64,000 nucleotides of DNA. It comes from Psilocybe cubensis. Its lineage: Eukaryota. Where the stretch lies: contig CM039004.1 in the NCBI GenBank assembly GCA_017499595.2, positions 1,116,001 to 1,180,000 on the forward strand. The letters run 5' to 3'. A program made the position numbers and the translations under genes. Below, one piece after another: positions 1-12,889 of this stretch (position 1 is the stretch's first letter; each line of letters begins with the position of its first letter). The notes under the pieces were generated by a model. That model did not search any database and was not told where the DNA came from. It saw nothing but the letters and a program-made list of their open reading frames with translations.

Positions 1-1391
1 GTAAAGCGTAAGTAAAAATCATATCTCATATGACTGTATCATCTTTAAACGTAAAATTTAGAGCTTTAGGAACTGACACTGGAGGATCCGTTCGGCTCCC
101 TGCTTCGTACTGTGGCATTGTTGGCCTCAAACCTTCCTACGGGCTCGTCAGCAGGTGCAGCGTAGCCCTAAAATCATCCCATAGTCGCTGATCTTTCCAC
201 AGGTGGGGTGTGATCTCTTATGCGGATAGTCTTGACTGTGTGGGTGTTTTGGCAACCGATGTTCAAACTACCAAACAAGTATTCGGTATGCTGTCATGAA
301 ACCGTCGATTATTGCTTATATCTAATTATTTTATGCTTAGATCAAATTGCGTTATACGATGAACTAGACCCAACATCCGCACCCAATGAAATTCGAGCAA
401 AAGCATTCAAACATATTGAAGAAAGAACGGTGCATAAGGAAGGTGCAGTTGGCATTTTGAAAGGGCTTCGGGTTGGTATACCACAAGTAAGTCTTAAAAT
501 CACAACCGACTATCGTCAATTTTGAAAATTGCCTGCTCAAGGAATATTTTCCTTCAGAAATGTCACCTTCAATCATCCAACATGTTCGTCGAGTGATCTC
601 AAAGTTGAAGGAACACGGCGCCGAAGTGATATCAGTATCACTTCCATCGACATCCTATGCCCTCAGCTCGTACTATGTACTAGCTACCGCCGAAGCCAGT
701 AGCAACCTGGCACGCTATGATGGTGTTCAATATGGTAATTCGGAAATGATTTACTTTGAGGGCAACCCACTCAATTTTTTTTCTAGGATCATACGTCAAA
801 CCTCCCCCAGGAACAGAACTCACCAAAACGTCTAAAATATATGCACATACCCGAACAACCAATTTTGGGAAAGAGGTCCAAAAACGTATCTTACTTGGCA
901 CTTATGCGCTTTCTGCTGAGTACGTGAGCTATTCTATTAAAATCCACGCAGATACTGACCGTTTTGATGCAAGTGCATTTGACAACTACTTTTTGCAGGC
1001 ACAGAGAATACGTCAATTAATCTGCGATGATTTCAATGGCGTCTTTGCCATCCCAAACTATTTCTCTGACCTGATTGAACGACAACAAGAACTTAATGGC
1101 CAATGTGTCGACGTTCTTATCCACCCCTCAGCCATCCGCACTGCTCCCCTCCTTTCCGAGGCTAAAACGACCGGGCCTAACTTAGACACATATCTTCAAG
1201 ACGTTCTTACAGTTCCCGCTTCTTTGAGTGGTTTACCGGCCTTATCCATTCCCGTCAATATAGACAATGATGAACACACAAAGCTTCAAAATGAAATACG
1301 ATGGCCTATTGGAATCAGCATCGTTGGCCAGTGGGGTACTGATCAACTAGTCTTGTCAGTGGGAGCAGCTATGGAAGCACTACAACACTAA
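1..1391 (+). CDS. HER2: Glutamyl-tRNA(Gln) amidotransferase subunit A (amidase signature family), 5' part outside the window, multi-exon
   Basis: Spliced exons give [68 protein letters not shown] and [18 protein letters not shown], all GatA/amidase motifs. Stop TAA at 1389-1391. Confidence 0.9.
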
Positions 1392-1766
1392 CTAGTATTG
1401 GACTTCGAGTTCCGAACACAACTACTAGTAACCTCCTTTTCTTTTCCCTGTTCTAGCTGTGGGTAAAAAATCATTTTTGAAGCTTTGACACGCGACCTTG
1501 AATTCTAAAGCAATCCATAATAAACTTTCATAAGTCTCTCCGTAGCAACGCCAGACATGTTCATCACTGTTCATGCTTCAACCCAAGGTCGACTATGCCC
1601 TAAAAACCGCCAAGCGAGGGGCAACTTGGCGTTGTGGTAATTTATGTTTCAATCGTCAAATTCCAATTCCCCAGGGCTTTTTCCCTCAATCATTTATTGC
1701 CACGTCTTAGACTGTTTCACCTTGTTAACCTCTCCAGGATATTTGGTCAGGCCTGGCTAACTGACC

Positions 1767-3510
1767 ATGGCTGCCCCAGCGTAAGTCATCATCAGCGACT
1801 TGTGCCTTGACTGTTTTGACCGGGTCTTGAAAACAGCAGCATTGGAGTGATAATCAATACTGCGAACGTTTCGAAAGCTGCTGATAGTGGTACTGAGGTG
1901 TCTGGTGCAACGATCTTCTTGCAGGCGCGTTCCCAAGTGCTGAAGACTCAAGAACTTCTGGATACTATACTCCAACACATTCGCCCTGGGTTCGGAGGTC
2001 ACGCAGACATTGCCACCCTTTATGCAACTAACGTTGGGGAAGAAGCTTTCAGTCAACATCTATTATGGGGTTCCCTTGTATGCCAAGCTTTTTTTCTTCC
2101 TGCGATGAGAGCATTGTGGCACGAAGCATCGTTACTGGAATTGTTGCGCGTCATACCTGTTTTGAAAATGCAAGATGGTACTACGTATGTGATGTTTATA
2201 CCAACTAAAAGCTGGCAGAACCTAAACTAACCCAACATCTGTTGATTGTCAGAACTTCACAGAACCTGTCAAATCGGGACATTTGGAGAGACTTCAACTC
2301 TATGGTCGCTGCATAAGACATTTGCGATTATCCAAATTCAATGAACCCATTTCGAGCCATGTGTTCACGATGCTCTCCCGTTGGTGCCACCCGAATCTCA
2401 CTCCAGGATTGCAGAGTCTAGCTATTCCTACCCTCGCAGAAGTAACCGTCGAAAATCTTAACGGTCATTTCCTCTTGCTTTCTTCCAAATTAGACACAAT
2501 TAGGATTGATGGTATAAACTGTACCAGAGAAATACTTGTAGCTTCTTGGATGCGCGAAACGTCGCGTGAAGCTCCGTTGCTACGAACTTTATCCTTGGCT
2601 GGGATAACACATCATATACTTCATATTATTTCTTCATTCAAAGCCCTCACAACCCTGCGCATTCACATCCAATCAAACTCGGGACCGCTGGATGTCTTAA
2701 AACCATGCTCTAAGATCAACACTCTTCGTATACTGTATCTATTTTTCGATCGGAACCATGTTTATACCAACTCGTCCGTCGTTTCACACTTCCATAAGCT
2801 ACAGAATCTGTATATCATGGCTCCGGTCACCGCCATACTCAATTCTGCTTCGCACACAGTCTCAACCTAATCCGGATGATCTCCATGTCTCTACATGCCT
2901 CAAGCGGTGTGTTCAAAACACTGGCTCCAAGCTGTCGTCAATCGATATTCTAGGGGATATATACGTGTCATGGAATGCATTCATGCCCATAGCAAAAGTA
3001 TCTCAGCCCATAACGATCCGGATCAACATCGATGGCCTCATGATGACAGATAATGACATATTAAACTTTTTTAGTAATCGCAAATGGCTGAAGCTGCAGC
3101 ATCTTGAAATCATGGGATTTGCTACCCGGCCAGACCTCGACACGTTGTCACCAGTTTCCCTGGGCATTATTGCAATGCATTCTCCTTCCCTTATGTCATT
3201 GAAGTTATCGTTCACCATCAATACTGAGACAACTGCGCTCCAAAATTTGAAGACTCAACTGCATTCAGATGCTTCCGGATTAAAGCACTTAGAAAATGTC
3301 AGTGTTGCCGTGTGCAAGCCTCCAGGTGAAGAATTCGATCCTGGACCAAATGCCGTAAAAGGAGCTGCTATAATATCACAATATATGGATCGATGCCTGT
3401 CGAACGTTCAGCTGATCGAATTGAAACATCCCAACAACGAAGGTAGTCAGTGGCTTGACGGCGTATACGAAATGCTCACCAACTACAGGAGCGTGAGAGG
3501 TTTAAAATAG
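1767..3510 (+). pseudogene. F-box-like/LRR protein (copy 1), frameshifted near 2850-2870
   Basis: ATG 1767, phase-2 intron from 1781, N-terminal motif ARSQVLKTQELLDTIL..LLWGSLVCQAFFLPAMRALW shared with the other three copies, then LRR-like LxxLxL repeats. Frame 2283-2870 ends in TAA while homology continues in frame 2758-3510, with no usable intron at the junction. Confidence 0.65.
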
Positions 3511-3831
3511 TTGCACCCAATTGCCAATGTCAAGTGCCTTGTTCATCACCAATATCATATCATAATGTCTCAAAAGGGTAACAAAGATGCCTAATTTGGG
3601 TAGATAACCTGGATGCTAAAATGCTACAATGCAACAATTTGGTCGCTAGTTAGCCGGTGAATGTCCGACGCTTGCCTATTGAAGTTGTTGAAAGCAAATC
3701 AACATGCGTAACGTTCTTCTTCTCTTGTGATAAAATTTACGCCGACGCGTTACATTGACATTTTTATGTATCGCGAGTCCTAGTGATGTCTAATTTTATG
3801 CTACGAAAAGGGCAAGCCTTAGTAGTACACG

Positions 3832-5253
3832 TCAACAAGGTTGCTCGTTTATACCAGTGCCATTTGTATCACAGATCTGACTCTGTTCAAGAGAGCTGAT
3901 TTGTTGACTCTGTTGAGGTGGTAGAGAGTGTATAAGATCGGATTCAAAAAGTTCTGTCAATACAATGACTTCGCTCGCTGAACTAGTGGAAGTATCTTCA
4001 ATGGCAACCAAAGGTCCGATTTGAATCTGGTGGATCTCCTGGTTTTGAGAAGATTGTTCCCCACTTGATGACGAATTTCCAGTTTCGGTAACAAGACTTG
4101 TAGAATTTTGTGGAGGCGGTTGTTGTTGAGGTTGTTTATTTTGTTTTACGACCTCAGTGCTTCTGAAGAAGCGATAAAAAGACGTTACAATAATAAGCAT
4201 ATTGCAGACGAGAAGGGATATCGCCGCCTAGTTTTTTTTGAATGTGAGTGTCACTTAGTAAACCATCTGGGTATTAAATATGACAGACCACAAGGTGCGC
4301 CAATACTGAAGCCATGAAGCTTGTTTCCGACCGTTCCGTATCGGACTTCGAATAATGATGGGAAAACAGGATCCCTGAAGCGAGAAAACTAACAAGAGTC
4401 GTCAGCACGCTGGCGCAAAAGCATGCTTTTATCAAACGCCTTGAGGTCTGTGCAAGTTTCATTTGGCGCCAGAACGCGCAAAACGGAATAGCAATTAATA
4501 GCCCGTCCGCAATGCAGTCCACTGTGTAAGGAAGATCAATCAGCATAAGGACGCCACTCTCACATGAAGTACTTACTTATCATTCGGGAGATTGCTGCGG
4601 TGCTAGATAAAGGGCACTGGTATGGAAAGTTGTTTGCCCAACTTCCGTAGTCCTGACGGCATTCAATTGCTGTCTGGATAAGATACACCAAGCAGACAAT
4701 GCCAAAAAAGTAGACAAGCCATATGCTTGCTTTTCGAGCCTTTTGGTGGGGTGGAATGACTCGAGTAATTGAGTATGCAAGACTTATTCGAGAAGACCTT
4801 TAACTACCGTTATTAATACTAAACGGATTGCAGTAGTTCATGAGCATACCAGATCAAAGGAATGAACGAGAGTTGGGCAAACCAGGCAGTGACAATAAGA
4901 GTAGCTGATATAGTTCTTCAATAAAATGGACACAAGTCGCAAGCGCAGGACCTGACGTACATCTTGAGGACACTCCGCGAAGCCACAGCGTCGGAAAAAA
5001 CACACACTCCATGATAAACGCCACTAATGCAAACCAATCATCTAACCAAAACTGCCCAGTCATCTTGCGCCGGTGAAGACGAAAGATACATGATAGAATT
5101 GCCAGAATATGAGCGGCTGTCAGGGAGCCTTTTGCGTGCGCGTCAACATTATAATTGCAGTTCGTTGCAGAAAGAAGGATTTTACCAACCTCTCCAGACC
5201 ACTAGATCATCACCTAGCAATGTAGATTCTTGACTTGTCCGGTGATTCAGCAT
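3832..5253 (-). CDS. PTH11-like / fungal rhodopsin-domain 7TM membrane protein, multi-exon
   Basis: Manual splicing gives MLNHRT..VVWRGSLTAAHILAILSCIFRLHRRKMTGQFWLDDWFAL..WSSRISLAYSITRVIPP..DCIADGLLIAIPFCAFWRQMKL..CNMLIIVTSFYRFFR followed by a Ser/Gln-rich tail. The DD motif and hydrophobic helices are typical of the family. Confidence 0.7.
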
Positions 5254-6613
5254 GGCGAGCTGCCAGTGGCTCTCGTTTTCGGACCTTGGAAAGCGGGGCA
5301 AAGAATAAAAGTCAGTTCGGACGCATATAATTATATTACCACTAGGCTTTATATTGTGAAACACGACCACGAAGTGTCACCAGAACGTACTCTCTCTCAA
5401 GTCACAAGTTAAGACCCTGACGCACTTGCCCTGCATGGATGCTAGAAGTCATTTCCGATAGGGAAGCTCGCGTCAGCCAGATCGATGGAGACATACGGTG
5501 GGAGAGTTGGCGGTCGGCTTTTATCGTTATCAACCATTTGGCTATATGAACATCTACAATTCAACGCACTGGCACATCGTCAATGTCAAAAACGACTGGG
5601 TATGTAGTTTTCCACGAACTAGCCGATAACCTTCTCGTGACAGACAAAGACAGCCCTCAACCTCTGTGTTTCGGTGGATAATCTATTCGAACAATGTTGA
5701 ATCCTAATACATTTAAAAAAGTTTAGTCCTTTAACCCTGTGAATATAGGGGCAAATGCAAGTGCTTACTTAACAGCCACGATTAATGAGAGTCCTTCTTT
5801 GCTTCTCTCGATGTATCCAGCGGTGCGGGAAGTTGCATCTGTCAAATCCCTTCATTCAGTGGCGCGATATGGCGCATAATCCCGGGATGCCGGTGGCCAA
5901 ACTACTAGATTTACTTGTTGTAAAGGAGCAACTTGCGGTTATCAATGTGCCCAGGGTCACCAAACCCCACGAATTTAACGCTTTATTCCATGCTCAGGGA
6001 GAGAATCAAACCCTTATACCCATAATATCGCAGGCACCATTTCTGTCCAATAGTAAGAGACAGAAACGCGATTCATCTGTTGCAATAGTCGTCGAATGTG
6101 ATTGGCAAACGTGGAGACCCCACTTTGACCCTTCATAGAAATCAGGTTAAGATGCGCCAAAAAGTCATTCGTCAGTTTGTCCCCAACTTCCACGATCCAG
6201 TCAACTCGTATTCAGGGTGAAAGTTAGTAGTTGAATAGCTAATCAGTCTGCATTCAAGCATGATCACTAGTAAGACCACTTGCTGTAACGATGTCACCGC
6301 AGACTATAGGCTTCAATTTAGTAGCCTCGATGACGACTCTAATTGGCGAAGGTTAGGCATGGTGAAACCCTTCGGCGTATAACCTCTGCCATCGTAGACC
6401 AGTCTGGACTCGAGATTTGTCATAAGAGATGACAAATGTACGTAACTGTCACAACGACATTAATCTCACGTGCTTCCTTGATCAATGGGCCCCGACATCA
6501 CAGCAATTCTGAGAACGCTGAAAGCGCTCCAATTTCCCAAGTCCGCATTCCCCCCAAAAAAAAACTGTAGAGTTCTTGTAAAGTACGTAGATATAAGTTA
6601 TTAGATCTGACTG

Positions 6614-9600
6614 TCAAATGTGATGTGGTCGAAGAGGTGGCGAGCGTGGTGGTGAAAAGGATAGAGGGAAGTAAGGAGCCGTTGTCGGTGAGGAGAGTGA
6701 GCCTGGGAGATAGAGAGGTATGGTGGGGAATAATTCGAAGACATGCTGCATAACACCACGATGAACAGTGCGACCTCCTGGCTGTAAAGGAAGATCTGTC
6801 ATGTTCATCACTGCGTGTACTCGAGGTTCTTGCTCCATGCGATCTTCAGCTCCGTCTGCAGACGTAACTGCCATATTGCTATCGAGGCTACGACCGTCCC
6901 AAACGCATCGAATGTCGTTGCCTGAAATAATTTGAACGAGTCGACCTGTTTCTAGGTGCCGGATTTCTATAAATCGCGTGTCGAATAAAAGCACATAGGG
7001 AGCGTGCATAGCTACGCGATCAGCTGTCCCCTCCCATTCGATAATACCCGTCGACCGACTGGGATGGCCATGTCTGTCAACGAAAAGACCAAACTCTGGA
7101 AATTCGCCCATTAAGGATATACATGAGGGCAGATGCGTAATTACAGCTCACCGTTGTAACACAACAAAAACTCGTCTTCCCGAGAACGAAACAGCCCCAT
7201 TGGATGACATGAGTCGCAACGTTTCGCAAGGTACGGATGTTTTGGGTCATCGCGTTGCGGGATTGTTACACTTTTATAGCTGTAGATTGGTTATAAATAT
7301 GTATTAATCATAGAAGCTTAGATAGCAACGCACTCCTTCAGATCCATGATCATGAAGCCCTTTGCACAAAGAACCGCAATTCTTGCCCTCAGGAAGATCA
7401 AGTCGTGAGCGTCTGGAAAGGAAAACTCTTTGTACGGGCGGAACCATTCCGGGGGAGTTTTCCTGAACAGGTAACTTCTGCTGCCACTGGCTTTGGGGCG
7501 TTCGTTGATTTTGCCAATGACTGGCTCGACAGCATGAAATACACTATCGCTGTTGTTCTGCAGAAAAAGATCAACAAAGGGCAGTCTAAAATAAGAATAC
7601 AAACAGACCCCTTTTTTCTTCATGTATATCACAAGTGTTCTCCCATCTAGAACACCGACGCTGAAGAAATGAACATCCTTTCCGTTTATCTTTTGGGGCG
7701 TTTGAGATGCATGTATGCTACCAGGTGTTGTAGGCACCAAGGCTTCAAGATGGTACGCAAAAAGGACCTATTGGTTTGTGATGACTAAACTGTTTTAACC
7801 TGAGACGCAATAAATCACGTACCTTGTCCGCCAGCACGAGGAACAAACCAAAATCTTCAAGGATCGCACATTGTGTAACCATTTTCAGGTGCAAAACACG
7901 TCGCAGGGCTGAAGATATAATTGATCTATCCAACACAACGCCACAGGGAAGAGGATATTGACTTACAACGGGAGTCGTGACGATATCCAATCCAAACGCC
8001 TTCTGCACATCCGATCGCCACAAGTCCTCGGCCATCGGGAGTATCTAACCAATGATAATTCAATGTGCCATTCGGAGTAGAATTTGAAGCCAAGGTACAT
8101 ACTGAAGGGAACTGAACAAGTAACTTTTCCAGTGAAAAGAGTACCGTCGTGCCAAACAGAAGAATTCGGTCCGGTGGTCAATGCTGGTAATATGAAGGTG
8201 TCGACACTAAGACTTTCAATCTCAAAGACTTTGTTAGATTCCTGAACAACTTTTCTGAGACCCAACGACTCGTCTAGTTTTTGCTTCCACTCTAGTCGGG
8301 ATGCAGCCGATTCGGCATAGAAAACATAGGGCCCACCGAGCCGTCCGTTATGGTGAATTGTGAAAGGATACACTTGGCGAGTATCTCCATTGTCTGCTGA
8401 TCTTGAAGATACACTAGCGGTCTCGGGTTGTCTATCGTTATTCCAAAGGTTACGAAGAATGCTAGTGCTTCGTTGAACCGGATTATCTGTGAAGTTGACC
8501 AATGACAACAGGTCGAGGGGAATGGGCTAACGGCATGATAAGTGCCACCTCAAAAAGGAAAGTGGAGCTACTGTACCCTGCGGTAAACAATATATTTGGT
8601 GATACCATCCTTTTCCCTTGGATGAGTCATGACAACTATAGGTTGGTGTCAGGATTGACATCCCAAATATGCCAAAGGCGAACTTACAATAGTTATCGAA
8701 GAGCATAACGAAAAGTTCGTCGCGATCCTGCCCGTTATCCAGACGGAGGAGTTTACCCGTATGAATCAAAGAACGTTGTTCGTTCAGCAGATCCATATCC
8801 TAAACTCCAATGAATTCATAACTTTACAGATATGACAACTTCAGACTTCCTTACCACATGTTCTCCAGGTTTGAAAACTAGATTTGAGCTGTATTTCCAT
8901 AACTCCACTTTTTGTTTGGACGATATAACACCTGGTTCTGTTTCCCGACCGAGTGTTTTGATCAAATCGATGACGGTTGGAATCTCGCTTCGGTCCTCGT
9001 GATAAGGGGGTGTTTCAGAAAGGATCGACTGCAGAAGAAGTTCATAGCGTAAGAGTCGAGGTATTGGTCTATTGATGAAGCTCTTCATATCTAGCCGATG
9101 CGCGTCTGGGTGCCGAACAGTATGCTAGTGAAATGATTAGCGTTAAATCTGAGTCGTGCAAATGCAACATCTACTCACATTTACAAACTGCTTGAAAGCA
9201 GGATTATTGTTCATCTCATCATCAATTCTATAGGCGGCGATAGGATAATTAGGGATATATTCCATGTAGGCTTCCCGGAAGTTCAAGGCAGCGTCAAAGA
9301 TTGCGGGAGTGATACTACGGATTACTGGGTGCTCTTCACGCTGAATCTCATGAAGTTTATCCATTAGTCTCCGATGATAAGCATGTAGCTCGTTGAAGTT
9401 GTGGAATACTTCTGTTAAGAACTGGTTCAAACGTTCTATAGGGATGATGGGAGGTTCTGCATTACGCAACGGCCGCACATACATCTGTGGTGGAGTAGTT
9501 AAAAATGCTGTAGTGAAAAGGTGAAAAGCTACAGACCGTCTCGATGTTCTCTAGATCTCTGACATATGCCATTTCGCCTTTGATCAACTCAAAGATTACC

Positions 9601-12477
9601 CTACCGGAAAAAAACAAGTCAACCAATTTTAAAGAAAAAAAATGTAGGTGCTCTCGACTCACGATTGCCTTCGACATTCCTCATTTGTGAGACTTGATTT
9701 TGTTTCCTCCGAAACCAAATTGTGCCATTCCCACTTGCCGGTGCTGCCTTTACCCATAGCTGACTGGAAGGTCCGTAGCTGAGCAACATTCTGCAAGTTT
9801 TGTATGGCGTTGATAGCCTCCAACAAAAATTCTCCATCAGGATTTGATTCATCTGTCTCTCGATACACTGCGTCCAAAAGTACAGGATACTTCTGTAGAT
9901 GTTCCGCTGGTCGACTGAGATAGTGTTTCAGATCCAGACGGGGACTTGATCCAGGTCTGGCTGCGAGTTGCCGAGAACATTTCTATTAATTGGAAGTCAA
10001 CTTCGTCGCTGTCAACAGCTAAACACTTTACTCACCTCGATGAAGAGACGAAATTCCAAATTGTGCTCGAGCTCTTCCTTCAAGCGTTTTTCAGCCAAAG
10101 GATGATGCCCTACGTAAGTAGGATAGACAATTCTAAACTCCGTTGCAATTTCTAGAAAAATATCCCCGATACTCTGGATGACTGGATATTGTTCTCGCTG
10201 ACGAACCTCCAAAAACTCAAGCAACCTGCGATTGCATTCAAGAAGTTCGAGGATGTTGCCAAAGACCTCGTCAACGAATTCAGACAAAACAAGAGGTGTC
10301 ATCACGGGTGGACTCGCCGTCCGTAATGGTTGGATGAAAACCTTTTCAATGATTTCAAGATCTTGAATGTATTGCACCTCCTTGCTGATGAGCTTATGTA
10401 TGATCCTAATGGTACAGAGTTTGTCAAAGTGCCAATATGCAGATAACAATAGACCCACGTCTGCCGGTTGATTTCATTTTGGCTTAGCCGCGTAAGGACT
10501 TCTGTTGGAACCTTTTTGGTCCAGTCTTCCCGCATCAGCCGCTCGGGTGCGTCAATCGCGCTTGCCAATTGCTTCATACCCTATATAATTATTGCTTTAA
10601 ATAAACCCATTCATTGCAACAAAATCAGCAGCATACCTTGCGAGGACAACCATAAGCATAACACCCTGCGCCATCACAGCTCGCTGAATAACATTTCGTA
10701 AGAATCGTATTTACCCCCGTCGGCAATTCTGCACGCTCAATAGGCGCGTCTGAGCCACCCTCTTGGTCATCCATAAACATGTATACGTCTTCTACGCCGT
10801 CTTGTAGTACTTGCGCGCCCCACTCTACCTCGTAGAAAAAGAGCATTGTCTGTAGGCTTCGAGCGACGAGAAGTGCTGCTTTGCGGTCTGGGGTATAACT
10901 ATGCTCCCTTCCCATTCTTTCTTGGATGATGCAATGGATAGTTGACTATTGGGGACGGTGTTAGTTTACGATGCGTCTATGGGCAGTAACTCCTATAATG
11001 ACATACCACAATATCTTTGCCAGTGAATGACCGTGGATATGGTATGCTTCCTTTTACATGGGTGTCGCGGGTGACTTTATCGCGCAGTTGTACTGCAAGG
11101 TGCGACAATAAGGCAGGATTGATAAATCTCCGGTCATCTTCATCAAAAGGATCGCCTTCCTTTTCATGTAACTCCAGGTGTGTTGACTGAAAACGAGCAA
11201 TTTGCTGGATGAGCTGAGTAGGGTTTCTAATAAGATTGCTTGGGCCCGGGTCGTTCCAGTCGTTATGGTTAGTTTCATAAGAATCGTTTGTCTGTGAACG
11301 TGCATTGTCGTTAAGCGCCTCTGGAATCGTATAATCCGATACCGATGGCTCATATGGCTCAGGTTCTTCGTGAATGCTGTCTGCTGGACGGGGTATCCGA
11401 GAGACGGAGGGATTTGGGGGATTGAGTATAGGAAGGTACCCGTCTATTGAAACTCAGCAGCACGTCAAAACAAAATGACAGAGGACGTACCGATAAAAGT
11501 CGAAACATCAGGGGCTCTCTCCCATCTCTCTCTTATTGATTCTCCAGATTCAATACTTTGGTAATGAGGATCCATGATGCTTTGGTAGCGACTGTCATAC
11601 CCAGACTCCCCCGACACCACAGATTCCTCGTACGGTTCTGATGAGGGTGGGCCCTCATAGTGCGGTATAAAAGCATCAATACCTTCCGGCGCACGGCCTA
11701 AAGATGCAGTTGCATTGGGGTCTTCTGCCGCATAACGGACATATCCTGGCAGATAAGCGTTATGCTCGGGAAATTCTGTAGATGGCGAAGTCGGGGGGAT
11801 GTTGTCAGCTTCGCCACTCCATGGCTGCTGCGAGCCAGACGGTCCAGCGGCATTGTCGATTGGCGCGTCCACTATAGGTTCCAAGTTCGGCTGTGCTCGT
11901 GAATAAATGCGGGATTTTCTGTCAGACGAAGGTGTAGGGGCATCAATGACTTGACTGCGAGAATATGCATGAGAGAATCATATGATGGTACGAACAGAAT
12001 CGAACTCACGGTGCAGACGGAGTTGACTGTGAGAATGAAGATTGGGGGATATTTGTATTCGTTGTAGGGATTGTGGGGATTGTGGGGGCACTCGATGCCC
12101 CTGGCGGCCGTGGAAGTGGTCTTGAAGGACGGGATTGTCCAGATGAAGAGGTCTGTGAGGGAGATGGCCGAGATGGTATCTGAGAAGACGAGTGTTGAGA
12201 TAATGGGCTGGGGGTATCTGTGTGGTCATTTCAGTTGCTATACAGATACTTGGAGGGGCTACTTACAGCTCGAAGAATGCTGGATCGAATGCACACTGCC
12301 ATCAAAAGATCTATGCCTCTCAATATCAGAATCTCCATAGACATCGTTCAGGTACTCGGAGCCTGCTGGAGAAATGGGGGTGTCCGAGAACTGGCGAATA
12401 ACAGCATCGAAAAGCTCGTTCAATGCATCTTCTCCTGGGGTAACATGACTGGTATCGAGAGCGAAGGCACTGGACAT
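6614..12477 (-). CDS. Rho1-type guanine nucleotide exchange factor (DEP, two DH/RhoGEF, PH, CNH domains), paralog A
   Basis: Exons encode the DEP region (LRDKVTRDTHVKGSIPYPRSFTGKDIV), DH1 (IIHKLISKEVQYIQDL..YLSRPAEHLQKYPVLL), DH2 (IFELIKGEMAYVRDL..FINRPIPRLLRYELLL), PH (HTGKLL..LFDNY) and CNH (EFGLFVDRHG..IEWEGTA..RFIEIRHLETGRLVQII). Rom2/Tus1/Rgf-like. Confidence 0.85.
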
Positions 12478-12889
12478 GATGGTGTAAACGGATCAGTGAG
12501 ATTTGCGGAATAGTTCAGCACAGATGAATGGTATAGACGAAGGAGAGAGACGTTAGTAGCTGCATAAGAACGAAGGAGGGAGAGGTATAGTAGATGGTGA
12601 TGAGAGACGATGTACAAGTTTGCAAGTGTAGGTAACATCAATTTCTTCCGTGTCTTTACAATCTTGCAACCAATTCAGACACCGGCTCAGTCCTGCCGCT
12701 GCCGCATCACTGTCTCCTTTGCACTACTACATCCATTGTCGCTCACTCTACCATAACCCTCTTTTGCAGATTTGCCTGAGCTTTACATCTGTGCTCTTCT
12801 CCGTTCCTCCGTAAATCCGGCCTCCTTGTTGATCATCATCGACTTTGATCCGCGAAAATCATCATCGCATACATTTTGCATCTTTCAGC

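Noticed and set aside
5300-6600. ORF 5785-6138 and neighbours
   Set aside because: No domain-like features or splice-supported continuation; treated as intergenic.
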